Positions 45,101 to 55,894 of a stretch of DNA of 64,000 nucleotides are shown here, in pieces; the first letter of the stretch is position 1, and each line of letters opens with the position of its first letter. The notes below the pieces were generated by a model that was given only the letters and a program-made list of their open reading frames with translations, was not told where the DNA came from and searched no databases. The stretch comes from Blastocladiella emersonii ATCC 22665 (taxonomy: Eukaryota > Fungi > Blastocladiomycota): positions 4,836,001-4,900,000 of the forward strand of contig JANHCV010000001.1 in assembly GCA_025594325.1 (NCBI GenBank), written 5' to 3'. A program made the translations under genes and the position numbers.

Positions 45101-47186
45101 GGCGGTCCCCGCCGACACCGAGGCCGTCCTCCGCGACGTGTTCCCGCTCGTTCTCGACGGCCTGCTCGGCTCGACCGAGCCGCGCGTCCTCACGTGCCTG
45201 TCGCTGCTCTCGCAGCAGCACGAGTGCTCGGACGCGCTCCTCGGCAAGCTCGCTGCGCTCAACAAGCTGTCGCCCATCTCGTCCGCCACCGGCACGGGCG
45301 CTCCCGCGGGAAAACTCAAGCTCAACCACACGCACCTGATCCTCTTCTTCTCGACGCTGTTCCACCAGCGCGCGTCGCTCGGGCCCGTGGCGCGGAACTT
45401 TGCGATCCACGCCCTCGCCAACCTGTTCCTCCACGACCTCCTCCCGCAGCACCTCATGGAGTACCGCGACCCGCTGCGCCCGCAGCGCGAGATCCGGATT
45501 CCCGTGTTCACGGGCGCTGCCGCTGGTGGTGGGGCTGGCGGTCAGGGTGGGGCGGTCGAGCGCGACGCGTCGGGCCGTACGTCGCCAACGGGTTCCACCG
45601 CGAGCGGGCAGTCGGGTGGTGCTGCTGCGGCGCCGCGCGCCGGGTCGTCCATCTTCTCGTTCATCTCGTACCTGTCGACGTCGTTCACGTCGCCCGAGCC
45701 GCTCAACGAGGAGGACCTGCTCGTCAAGGACCTCCTGGCGCGGTGCCACGTCGACGAGATCATGCAGACGTGGGGCGGCGAGCTCGCGGGGCTCCGCGCC
45801 GCGGCCGCCGAGACCCCGTCGCTCGCCGGGTTCTACGGAACGTGGATGGTTCGCGCGCTCGAGGCTGACCCGGCGGACCGCGCCGACCAGATCCCCGGCG
45901 TGCGCGACTTTCTCGCGACCACTGTGCTCCCGCAGGCCCCGCAGCTCGCGGCCGCGCTCACCCTGCGCCTCGCGGTGCGGTACCCGGCGTTGTTGGGGGA
46001 CGCGCCGCAGTTCGCCGCGTCGGTCGTCGCGGGCGTGCCCAACCTCGTCGAGCACTTTGCCACGGCGTCGCTCGACCACGCCGCCGCGCTCGTGCCGTAC
46101 CTCCCGCCCGCGCAGTTCATGGCGCTCGTCGACCGCACGCGCGCGTGCGACACGCTCGCCCGGGTGCTCCGAGCGTACGACGCGCACATGGTGCACCTCG
46201 CAGACGCGGACCTGCGCGTGCTCGTCGGCGCAATCTACCGCGTGCAGATGCGCGGCGAGTCCGCGGCGGCGGTGTCGGCGGTCGTCGACGCGGCGCTCGG
46301 CAAGGGAATCTACGCGCGCATGGCGGCCGGCGACGCGCTGTTCGCCGAGTACATCAAGCTGTTCGCAATCCTCATGTTCCACGCGATCCCGGACGTTCAC
46401 TCGCTCGCGCCGCTCGAGCGCGCGCTGTTCCAGGGGTGCTCTGCCGGCGGGAGCGTCGCGCAGCCCGCGTCGAGCACGGTGCGCGCAGTGTACGCGAACG
46501 TCCTGCTCCTCCTCCCGCGCCAGTTCGCCAGCGACCCGAAACGCCGCGCCGACCACGCGCGCGCCACCGTCCTCGCCGTCAAGTACTTTGTCCACCACCT
46601 CGCGGCCGTCGACGACAAGACGCTCGTCGAGGTGTGGGACCAGATCCTGGACCTCGTGCTCGCCGTCATCAAGGCGCCGCCCGCGTCGCCCGTCGCGGGG
46701 AAGCATAGCGAGGAGACGGTCGTCCAGGCCGTTGAGAACGCGGTCCTCGTCATGCACACGTCGGCTCTGTTCGTCGACGCGCAGGGACGGCCCAACGATA
46801 TGTGGGTGTTCACGTGGAAGAAGATCCGTAACGTGTTCCCCGGCATGCAGGACGACCTGTTTCCGCCCGCGGTACCCGCAGCCGAGCCGGCGGCGGTGCG
46901 CGCGACGTCGGCTACGTCGCCGCGGTCCGGACCCGTGCCTGCGCCGATCCCGCGCGCCGCGAGTCCTGTCCCGCTGCCGACCGCCGCTGCCGCCCCTGTC
47001 CCTGCTGCTGCTGCGCCGGCCCCTGCTGCCCCTGCGCCCGTTGCGGCGCCAGCACCAGTCCCGGCTCCTGCACCACCAGCCCCCGTCCCCTCCGTCGCGC
47101 CGGTCCCAGCACCACCAGCACCCGCGCCCGCGCCCGCTTCACCTGCTCCCGCTGACGACGAGTATTCGGACGTGATGACCATCTAG
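42115..47186 (+). CDS. GBF1: Large Arf guanine-nucleotide exchange factor, GBF1/Gea family (DCB-HUS-Sec7-HDS), multi-exon
   Basis: The Sec7 glutamic finger FRLPGEAQMIDRVLESFA and ILAFSVIMLNTDQHNPQV are present, with HUS-like YREFDC. The first exon (ATG 42115, CCCACCATG) has IYRETLSVLSYMHRSARF, resembling the GBF1 N-terminus, and is joined by introns near 42594 and 42896. Confidence 0.85.
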
Positions 47187-47238
47187 TCTACAACTATATC
47201 CCGCAAGACCACACACATACAATTTGTCTCCACTTCAT

Positions 47239-48058
47239 CTAGAGTTCTTTGGTGAAGAACGTCGCGCTCCCCCACCCCATATCCGCGTCATGGACCCGCT
47301 CGTACCCGCGGCGCGTGTACAGCCCAACCAGCGTCCCATCAAACGCGGCCGTGCACAGCGCGGCGCGCGTGATCTCGGGCAGCGGCACGTCGTCACACGC
47401 CGCGCCCTGCTTCATCACGCGCATCTCGACGAAATCGAGCACGCGGCCGCGAGCCCGCGCCGCGCAAACGGCGGGAGCACCGCAAGCATTGCGACGCTCG
47501 CCGTGTGTGTCTCCCGGCACGCGTACGCCGTCTGCATCAGGCGCGCGTCGCCGTTGAACGCGGCCAGGCCGTAGTCCGTGTTCTCGTACTCGACCGCGAC
47601 GGTTGCGACCGCGCGCCACGTCGTGCCGTCGCTGGCGAGGGTCAGGACCGGGCAGGCGGTGCGCAGGTCGAGGCCTTCGACGACGCGCGGGCTGTAGCAT
47701 GTCTGGACGCGGTCAGCGCCGTGCTCGGCCTCGTAGCTGGTGAGAGCAGACTCCCAGTCGCTGGCGGGCAGCCACAGGGCGTACATGCGGCGGCGTGGGC
47801 CCTCGGGCGCGTCGTCGGATTGAAGCGCGAGCCAGTGCCCGATCTTGTCCTTGCTCCACGTCAGCTCGCGCGTCGCGGTGAAGAAGGGCTTGAGGTCCTG
47901 CGTCAGCGGGGTCTACGAGGCGGGCGGTGTCAGCGGGCGGAGAGGACGGGCAAAGAGAAGCGGAGGCGGACGAAGAGACGCGAGTCCGTCCACTGGCACG
48001 TCGGCAGGATCACGGACGAGGCCGCGTCGGCGTTGCTGAGGGTGCCGTGCGCGAGCAT
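47239..48058 (-). CDS. GNAT-family acetyltransferase-like protein (paralog 2) with a 1-nt frame break at ~47447
   Basis: It is collinear with 7806..8860 (TPLTQDLKPFF...PEGPRRRMYALWLP...VATVAVEYENTDYGL...YACRET...AMLAVLPPFARRG) and has the same intron position. The C-terminus VLDFVEMRV...LYTRRGYERV is in ORF 47239..47700. Confidence 0.6.
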
Positions 48059-48439
48059 CGTCAAGGGTCTAGGTCGTTGAGGGCGAAGCAGGAGGAGAAA
48101 TCGGACAGATTTGCAGACGATGCTAAGAGAGGGCGACGCACAAGTGTGGCTGCGCCACTCGCCTGACCGCGATCACGGCGGCCATCAAAGCGCGAACCTG
48201 GTGCTGCCTGCCCTTGCGATCCGGATGTTGAGACGCGGCCAACGATGTGCACCGAGGTCAGTGCCTTCCTGACTCTGGAGTCCGAGACCTGAGGTTTGGG
48301 GCAGAAAAAGTTGAAATGACTCGACCGAAGGCTAAATGACGCGACTGACGGACTGACGCGATGGTGCGCGCCACACCACCGCGGTCAGAGATGAAAAAGC
48401 CGAATGACCCGCTTTCGCTCTCGCAACTCACCCGCAACC

Positions 48440-50735
48440 ATGAATCAAAACGAACCACTTGATGCAATCAATGAACTGCCGCACGAGCTCGTCGAGCAAG
48501 TTGTCGCACTTTGCGCCCCGCGGAGCGCGCTCGCCGCCGCGTCCAGCGCGACGCTGACGGTGGCCCGCTCAACCACGGTGCTTCGCCCATGGGCCCGCCA
48601 TGTCGTCGGAAGCGTCGCGCTCGGAGCTTATCTCAATCCACCCGGAATCTCGGACGACGACTGGATTCCGAGCGGCATTGAGCTCGACGAGCGGCTTCCG
48701 AATACCAACCAGCTCCAGCTGCCGTTTGCTTGGTACCTCAAGACGCGCTTCCCGGCCTCCCTGCGCTTGCTCAAAAACATCACTTGCGCCGAACTCGCTC
48801 GAGTGCGCGCCTCGCACCCGTTCACGGCGCCGGCTCTCGCTGCCGTGTACCGCACCATGCCCAGTTGCGCCGGCCGCTCGGTCGTCGCCATGCTCCGGGA
48901 CCTTGCCGAGGCACCTCTCGACTCTCTGCACTCTTCCATCGGGCTCCGCGCGGTGCCCGAGGGCCTGCTTCTGCCGTACTTTTTCTTGCACGCCAACGAC
49001 GTCGACAACATGGTCGGCTGTCTCAATCGGCTCTTCGCGCTCTTTCCTTCGCTGACCGTTGAGCGCGCTCCACTCGCGCTTTGGGCGCGGGTTTGGCTCA
49101 CCGAGGACCGTAACACGCGCGAGTGTCTCAACGTCGCCGCCGAAACCTTCGTCGACTCGACGTGCACCTTCACGGGCGCCCTTGCACTCGGCGCCTTGGC
49201 ATGCTGGAACCTCCCCGCGGTGCAGCGGCTTGTCGACGGTTCTTTCGGCTTGACCCGCGCCGAGCTCGTGCAATCGGTTTCTCTCGGCGAGGTCGCCGAT
49301 GTCTTCTTGACCAACATGTGCTACCAAGAGAATGCGGCGCAAGTTGTCCCGGAGCTGCTCGAGTGGTTGCACGACCGCGGCTTCCGCGTGCAGCTTGAGA
49401 ACACGACTTGCTACACCACGGCCTACATGTGGGAGCCGGGCCACGCGGCGCTCTTCCAAGCTCTCTTCGACAAGTTTGACTCGAAATTACTCGACCAGCT
49501 TGACGAGCACCAGCGGTTTCGCCTCGGCTCGCGCATGGCCGAGAGCGTGGTCCACGATCTTGACCATATCGACCTCGTCCCGCGCTTCGCCGAGCTCAAC
49601 CTGATAGACGAGGACGCGTGGGCCAAGCTCGTTGTCCATCTTCACGGCGGCGAGCATGAGCCGATGCTCTTTGATCTCCTGCGGCAGCTTCCGTTGGAAA
49701 AGATCGAGTCGGTGCTCACCGCTGGTACGATGGCATTCTAAACCTTTGTTCCGGCAATCAGGTGTTGACTGACTGACAAACAACTTGTGCGCACTACTAG
49801 CTGTCTGGGAACGGTGGCGGAGGCTCGACAACCCGTCTTGGACCGCTTTCTGCCGCGCCGCGTCGACTTTGGGCTGTGAACCGTTTACGATCCTGAAGCC
49901 CGCACTCAAGAACCTTGCGCGCGAGGATCTCGTCTTCCTCATGGGTCCCGAGAGCCCCGTCGACTCGAGCCTTGTCTTTGCGCACTTGATCGAACATCTT
50001 CTGACCAACCGCGACAACCGACACGTCTGCGCTCGCGCCATCGTCGAGCACCTGTTCGCCGCCCTTGGCCAGAAGCCGCAGGGTGGGGCCATGGACTGGA
50101 TTTTCCAGCCACTCGATGGCGACACTCCTGAGCGCCATGAACGGCAGCGCGCCATCATTATCGGCGTGCTGCACCAGTGCATTGTGCGCCAGACCGGCGT
50201 GCTGCAGGGTAATTCTGGCGACGACGGCGAGGACTCGCAGGCCATCGCAGTTCTCTCCGCTCTCTTCGCGCGCTACCCGGAACGCGGCCTCACTACCTCG
50301 ATGCCCGCCGCTCACCAGCTTGTCAGCGTGCTGCGTCCCTGGTCCCGCCTTGGTTTTGACACGCCGGCCGACACGGACATGGAAAAGTACTCTGCGTTCC
50401 GTGAACTTTTCACCAAGGTCGTCGCGTACGACCCCGAGATGACCAGCCAAATCATTACTTGGCGAGCCTTGGTGCCCGTCTGGGTGTGGCAAGTTGTGGG
50501 CGCGACTGAAGCTGGCCGCGCAAGTCTGGCCAAGGTGGTCAAGGTGCCCGCCGCGCAGTCGACGATCCGCAAGGCTTTGTTGAACGGAGACAACAACGGT
50601 GCAGCGCTCGTGATGCGACTCGTTCCTTCTGCTCTCAAGGCGCCCAATTTCCGCCGCGAGCTTGTTGGGATGGTCGCTGCGCGCGGATTGCCAGGCGCCG
50701 TGGAGGTGCTGGCTGAGTTTGATCTGGTGCAATAA
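48440..50735 (+). CDS. F-box-like protein with a long alpha-helical C-terminal region, 2 exons
   Basis: The N-terminal INELPHELVEQVVAL is F-box-like. A GTACG...TAG intron (~49724-49800) joins ORF 48404..49741 to ORF 49785..50735. Confidence 0.6.
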
Positions 50736-50954
50736 ACGATGTGATTTGAAGTCAAGTGTTGCTGTCAAGATAGCTGGATGAGGTGCCGATCTAGGAGATC
50801 TTGGTCCGGCGAGTTTTAAGCGTTACATTATTGGCCAATGAGGCAGAGACAAAAGTGGAGACGCGTCGCGAAATAACGTGGTGTCCGCGTGACTTACGTC
50901 GCGTCGCTTTCGCCACCTCTGCTATTTACAAATCAAACAACAAAAATTGGAGGT

Positions 50955-51189
50955 AAAGTGCACCGGCCGACAATGCGGCCGAACGAGGGTCACCCGGCCC
51001 AACAGGGCAGGGGCACCTCGCAGCTGGGCTCGCTGCTACTATTCGAGCCACCGCCCCGCCGCTGACTCCTAAGCACAGCGCGTGCTCGTGGTCTTGGCAA
51101 AGGAAGCACGGACGTGCGGACACGATGCGTGTCACACGCTCGGACCCAGCTGGTGGATGGTGAGGGAAGGAGGGTAAGGACGGCTTGCA
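50955..51189 (-). ncRNA. Candidate Fanzor omega-RNA scaffold (3' of the nuclease ORF)
   Basis: It lies directly downstream of the Fanzor stop and contains several stems: CAGCTGGG/CCCAGCTG (51021-28/51145-52), GACACG/CGTGTC (51119-33), AGCAC/GTGCT (51072-86) and GGCCG/CGGCC (50965-80). The sequence becomes abruptly AT-rich below ~50957. Confidence 0.4.
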
Positions 51190-52758
51190 CTACTCGACCG
51201 TGGGCGTGGTGCGGCGCTTGCGGTGGTAGCGATGCTTGGGGCGGGCGGCGGGCAGCGGGTTGCCGTCCGCGTCCTTGGCCTGGTCCTCGAAGACGAGCTG
51301 CTTGATGGCAAACGAGAGGATGTTGACGGCCGCGTTGCGGTCGCGCTGGACGCGGACGCCGCAGCGACGGCACGCGCGCGTCTGGGACACCTTCTTGTTG
51401 GTCTTGCCGAGCGGGTTGGTCTTGTCGGCCTTGGCGGCGGCGGGGTCGGCCATGGCGCACGCGGCGCACCACTTGCTTGAGTAGTTCTCGTTGACGGCGT
51501 ACACGGTGACGCCGCGCGAGCGCAGCTCCTTGACCATCTCGACCACGGGGCCCTTGTTGGCCGCCGAGATCATGTCGAAGCCCGAGAAGTTGCGGCCAAT
51601 GAGCACGACGTGGCCGCGCAGCGCGCGGGCGAGGTCGGCCCAGTACGCCTTGCGGCGGCCCTCGTTGGTGAACTTGGTGCTGCACACACCGTGGCTGCAG
51701 TTCTCCTCGACCTTGGCCTCCATGTACTCGGTGGCGACCCGAGCGACCGCGCGGTGGTCGCCGGCAACGCACGAATGCGCTGCATCGCCTTGTACGAGGC
51801 CCGCCTTGGCGCGTGACGCCTTGCGCTGCTCGCGGGCCTGGTCGGTGCCGACGTGGTGGTGGAACTCGTCACTTGACAGCGACCAGAACAGCGGCCGAGT
51901 CAGGACGACGCGCGAGACCGCCGACCGAATGTACGCCTTGAGCACCTCGGACCACGGGCCGTCGCCACCCTGCGCCGCCAAGTACGCAAGGTACTGGAGC
52001 CGCCGGAACAGGCGCGCGAGCTCGAACGGCACGACGAAGCCGGTGAGGAAGTCGCGCACGCCGGCGTCGATGACAAACATGCGCTGGCCGTAGCGGACGA
52101 CAATCTTCTTCTTGTGCGACTCGATCTTGTCGCGGCCGCCCGGGATCGGGACCTGGACCGAGCCATGGGGCGCGAGCTTGTCGGCCTCGGCGAGCACCTG
52201 GTCGAGCGTGAGGCCGCCTGCGCCGTCGACCGAGACGCCCGCGAACGGCTTGTCGAACTTGCCCGTGGAGCGACGCCCTTGACGCCCGCCCGTCGTGGTG
52301 GTGGTGGTGGTGGTCTTGGTCCCGGCCTTCTTCTTGCCGGCCGCCTTCTTGACCGTGCTGCCGCCCGCGCCCTCCTCGTCCTCCTCCTCGTCACCGCCGC
52401 CCCCGACCGTGTCCGCCCTTGGCCGGATGCCGCCCTTGTACAGGTACATGCGAACGACATGGCCGTCGGTCGAGATGCGGCCCTGGAACTTGTGCGACTT
52501 GACCAAGTTGTTGTTGTATATGAAATTCATTACCATGTCGACCTCCTCGATTGCCATGTATCTTCTCGTCGATGCGACCTCCACCGCCTCGTTTGCCGCT
52601 GCTCCCTCGTCCCTCGAGATGCAAGTTGCGGCGACGACCACGGCGTTTCTCGCGCACAACGGCCACGACCACCCGCTCGCTCTCTGCCGCTGCTCCGCGG
52701 CGGATGAGCCGACCAACGTTGACACGACGACCCTGGCCTCGGTCAGCACCCTGTCCAA
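51190..52758 (-). CDS. Fanzor1-like (eukaryotic TnpB/OMEGA) RuvC + zinc-finger RNA-guided nuclease; N-terminus short or truncated (alternative start 52557)
   Basis: It has WED-like KFQGRISTDGHVV, RuvC-I FVIDAG and RuvC-II VLIG...GPVVEMVKELRSRGVTVYAVNENYSSKWCAAC. The C-terminal zinc finger and RuvC-III read CRRCGVRVQRDRNAAVNIL. Confidence 0.85.
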   Translation of the reverse strand: MDRVLTEARVVVSTLVGSSAAEQRQRASGWSWPLCARNAVVVAATCISRDEGAAANEAVEVASTRRYMAIEEVDMVMNFIYNNNLVKSHKFQGRISTDGHVVRMYLYKGGIRPRADTVGGGGDEEEDEEGAGGSTVKKAAGKKKAGTKTTTTTTTTGGRQGRRSTGKFDKPFAGVSVDGAGGLTLDQVLAEADKLAPHGSVQVPIPGGRDKIESHKKKIVVRYGQRMFVIDAGVRDFLTGFVVPFELARLFRRLQYLAYLAAQGGDGPWSEVLKAYIRSAVSRVVLTRPLFWSLSSDEFHHHVGTDQAREQRKASRAKAGLVQGDAAHSCVAGDHRAVARVATEYMEAKVEENCSHGVCSTKFTNEGRRKAYWADLARALRGHVVLIGRNFSGFDMISAANKGPVVEMVKELRSRGVTVYAVNENYSSKWCAACAMADPAAAKADKTNPLGKTNKKVSQTRACRRCGVRVQRDRNAAVNILSFAIKQLVFEDQAKDADGNPLPAARPKHRYHRKRRTTPTVE

Positions 52759-54011
52759 GCAGTTCGACGACCCCGCCGACGCCCAAGCCCTCGGGTGCCA
52801 CGCCGACGCAGGGCACCAGTCGTCGGGTCTCGTTCTCGCTCAAGGACCTCGTGTACGAGTTTGAGCTCGAGTACGAGTGCAAGTGCGACGAGTCGGAATC
52901 CGACGAGTTTGACGGAAGCGACGAGTCGGCCGACCTCGTGCCCGAGCTCAAGTCCGAGTACCGCCCGGCGCCGTCCATGTCCACCACGGATGTGTACGCG
53001 CGCCGCTGCGAGATGTTCGGCCCCATGTGGAACGAGCTCGCGACCACCAACCCCACCGCGCGGGCCGAGGCGGTCCGCCTGATGCGCGACGTGTTTGCCG
53101 GCATCGAGGCCCGCAAGCAGCAGCACCATGACGGGGCCCAGAACCAGGACCAGCGGGAGCAGGAGCTCGAGCAGTACCAGCCGATGGCCGTCGTCGACGC
53201 CAAGCACATGAAGTGGCAGCAGTGGCAGCAGCCCGAGGCGCGCGCGTGGCAGTCCGCGCCTCATCATGTGTCCGGTTCGACATCGACGCAGTACCAGCAG
53301 CACGAGTACCAGCGGTACCAGTGCCAGTACCAGTACCAGCAGAGGCCGCAGACGTTTCACTACCCGGTCCAGACCCTCATGTCGACCGGCCAGCCGCGGG
53401 TGCACCAGGCGTTCGAGTGGCACGACACGCCCGCCTTTGCCCCCGTCTCTCCCTCAACCCCTACGGTCCCGAAACAGCTGCAGTGGCAGCAGCAGTTGCA
53501 GGGCCATCTCTCGACTACCATCCCCGCCCCGCCCGTGGTCCCAATCCAGCTGTCGTGGCAGCAGCTCCAGCAGGACCACCACCATCCCAAGCCGGCCGCG
53601 ACGCCCGTCGTCGTCCCTCAGCTGCAGTGGCAGCAGCACCAGAACGGCAAACCGTTGCCGCCGCCGCTGAACAAGACCGAGTCCGAGGTGTCGTTCCCGC
53701 CGATCGTCTTGTCGTCGGTCCCGCTCGCGTCGCTCAAGCAGAGCAAGTACTGCGAGATCATGACCCAGGCCAAGCGCTGGGTCCGCTACCACTGCAGTCG
53801 TGGCAGCGGCAGCAGCTCGGCCGTTGTTGGCCCGACTTCGCTGACGGCAAGCAAGGGCAGCGAACTCGGCTCGGACCAGACGCTCGTTGGCACCGAGTGT
53901 CCGGACCCCAAGGCCAAGTTCTCGTCGTCGCCGCGCTCGCCCAAGTGGAGCGCGCTCAAGCGCCGCTGCGCTGCCGTTTTCAGTCCGGCGGCGGCAGTCA
54001 AGGCGTGTTGA
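52619..54011 (+). CDS. Q-rich hypothetical protein with an RVxF motif and repeated QL(Q/S)WQQ units; start uncertain
   Basis: ORF 52551..54011 has host-like codons from ~52780 onward. Upstream of that, GC3 bias sits in the frame starting MQVAATTT at 52619, which implies a frame break. Confidence 0.55.
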
Positions 54012-54394
54012 TTTTCACCTTGTCTTCATATTATACCCAGTTTTTGCTTCTCTCCACACGTTGTTGCTGGTCGCAAGGAGTGATGAAATGTTTTGATCGT
54101 GGGCTGATCCGATGAACGACGCGTGGCGCACGGCCATGCAGCCTCACTTCCCGGCGGCCCGGTTGCTTGAATTTGAACGCGATTCGCTGGAGTAAGCGAC
54201 GGTTAGCCTGGATACGCATGGAAACGCTTGAAAACGCGTCGCGCGGCGGCGTGGCGTAAGCAAGGACGCGTCCGTCACATGGGGGATGCGGTACGCGCTC
54301 TCAGCGACGGCCACAGCGCACCGCTCAGGCGAGCTCTTCCCACTGACTCTCTAGAGCCCCCGCCTCCATGTCAATCGAATGAAAACTTGCTGCA

Positions 54395-55894
54395 ATGAAC
54401 TCTACCGGCCCTCAAAAGCGCACACACTCGTCGACGAAGCTGTTGGAGCCGAACACGTTTCCTGGCGCTCTCCAGCTGGGCTCCGAGAGCCTCATGGCCG
54501 TTCCGCCAGGAGTTGAACCTGCCGAGTACTTTCGGGCCAATTCGATAGTCGATGTCGGCAGCTGGGACTTGAACCTCAACCGCCAACACCTCATGGATAT
54601 CGCGTTCGCACTAACCAAGTATCTTGACAAGTTAACCAAATTTACTGTTACAGACGGGAGCACTTCTGCCGAATCAAGGCTGGTGAATACCTTCTACAGC
54701 TGGGGATGCGGCGTCGGGGTGTGGAAACCTCCACTTCACACCTTCCGAGGCTCGAGCGAAGACCGCCTGTTTATCGACCCACGCACTCAAAAAGAGCAGA
54801 AACAACGCGCTCAGCTCATTCGAGACTTCATATCACGCTATCTCTCGGAGTGTATCGCCGGAGCTCGCGGATTCGGTTCGCTTCAGCTTCTCGCACACGA
54901 TGACTTTGGCGAGCATCGCTATTTTGTCAGCTCTGCGCTTCGCTCGAGACAAATAGCGGCGGGGAAGCCAAAACTTTTACCTCTGCAACCCGGCCTTGCT
55001 ACTCCACTCGCGGCATCGCAGCAGCAAACCACGATCACTGACTCCGCGGCGAGCATTTCTACTTTGCCTGGATCGTCGACATCATCGTCGTTCACTCCCA
55101 ACCCTCCACGCCAAAGTCTTGCAAACCTGGAATCGCCTGTTCCGGTACCCGCTCGTCACGCAGCTTCGGCCGCTTCTCTCTCACCGCTACCGAGCGCCAC
55201 GAGCTCCCTCCCTCGGACCAATCCCGGACAAATGCCGCTCGAAATGCCACCGATTGCTCAAGTCCCTCACTACTCGACTGCGTCCGGGACCCCTGTGCCC
55301 GATTCCGCGCTCAACGCTGTCAAGCGCGAACCGATATCAGCACCTTCGCAGCTTCCTCCTGCCGATTTGACAGCCAGCGACCCGGCCGCAGACTCAGACG
55401 ATGACGAGGTCCTGATCTTTGTCGCCCCGCCTCGTTCAAAGCGACCCCTTGGCGTCGACCATGGTCCTGATTCTGTGGCTTCAAAGCGGGCTCGGACTGT
55501 AGCGGAAGTCGCCTCCGCATCGTCGACCGCAACCAGTGTGCCCCCTCCGCAACTCCCGTTCGCAGTCCTCACCCGGCTTGCTTCACTCTTCTCTTCGGAC
55601 GACCTCGGCACGCACATGGCCGCTGCCCGGGCTGTGGCGGCTGCAACCAACGGGCGCAGATGGTCAGTCGCACAGCTCGACAGCTTCATCCAAGTCTACC
55701 CGCGGGTTGCAATCGCATCGGGATTCGAGCAAGGATCCGCATCGAGCCTTGCAGATCTCTTTGAGCTCGCTCGATTCGACGTCGCACTCGCGACCGCGGC
55801 GCTCAACCAGGCCATGGCGGGCGTCGCCTTCACGGACCGCTCGTTCTGGAGCATCGCAGCAATGTGCCTCGTCGTCGACCCGACTCACTCGTAA
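54395..55894 (+). CDS. Orphan hypothetical protein (globular N-terminus, S/P-rich linker, short helical C-terminal domain)
   Basis: 499-aa open frame in lower-GC sequence with no family I recognise. Confidence 0.55.
   Translation: MNSTGPQKRTHSSTKLLEPNTFPGALQLGSESLMAVPPGVEPAEYFRANSIVDVGSWDLNLNRQHLMDIAFALTKYLDKLTKFTVTDGSTSAESRLVNTFYSWGCGVGVWKPPLHTFRGSSEDRLFIDPRTQKEQKQRAQLIRDFISRYLSECIAGARGFGSLQLLAHDDFGEHRYFVSSALRSRQIAAGKPKLLPLQPGLATPLAASQQQTTITDSAASISTLPGSSTSSSFTPNPPRQSLANLESPVPVPARHAASAASLSPLPSATSSLPRTNPGQMPLEMPPIAQVPHYSTASGTPVPDSALNAVKREPISAPSQLPPADLTASDPAADSDDDEVLIFVAPPRSKRPLGVDHGPDSVASKRARTVAEVASASSTATSVPPPQLPFAVLTRLASLFSSDDLGTHMAAARAVAAATNGRRWSVAQLDSFIQVYPRVAIASGFEQGSASSLADLFELARFDVALATAALNQAMAGVAFTDRSFWSIAAMCLVVDPTHS

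Noticed and set aside
51190-52758. Bacterial TnpB contamination
   Set aside because: It is contiguous with intron-containing genes, has host-like codon usage and shows Fanzor1-type motifs.
50800-54400. Terminal inverted repeats, TSD or transposase for the Fanzor element
   Set aside because: I could not find a convincing inverted match to the candidate right end or any transposase-like ORF by eye, so no mobile_element boundaries are called.
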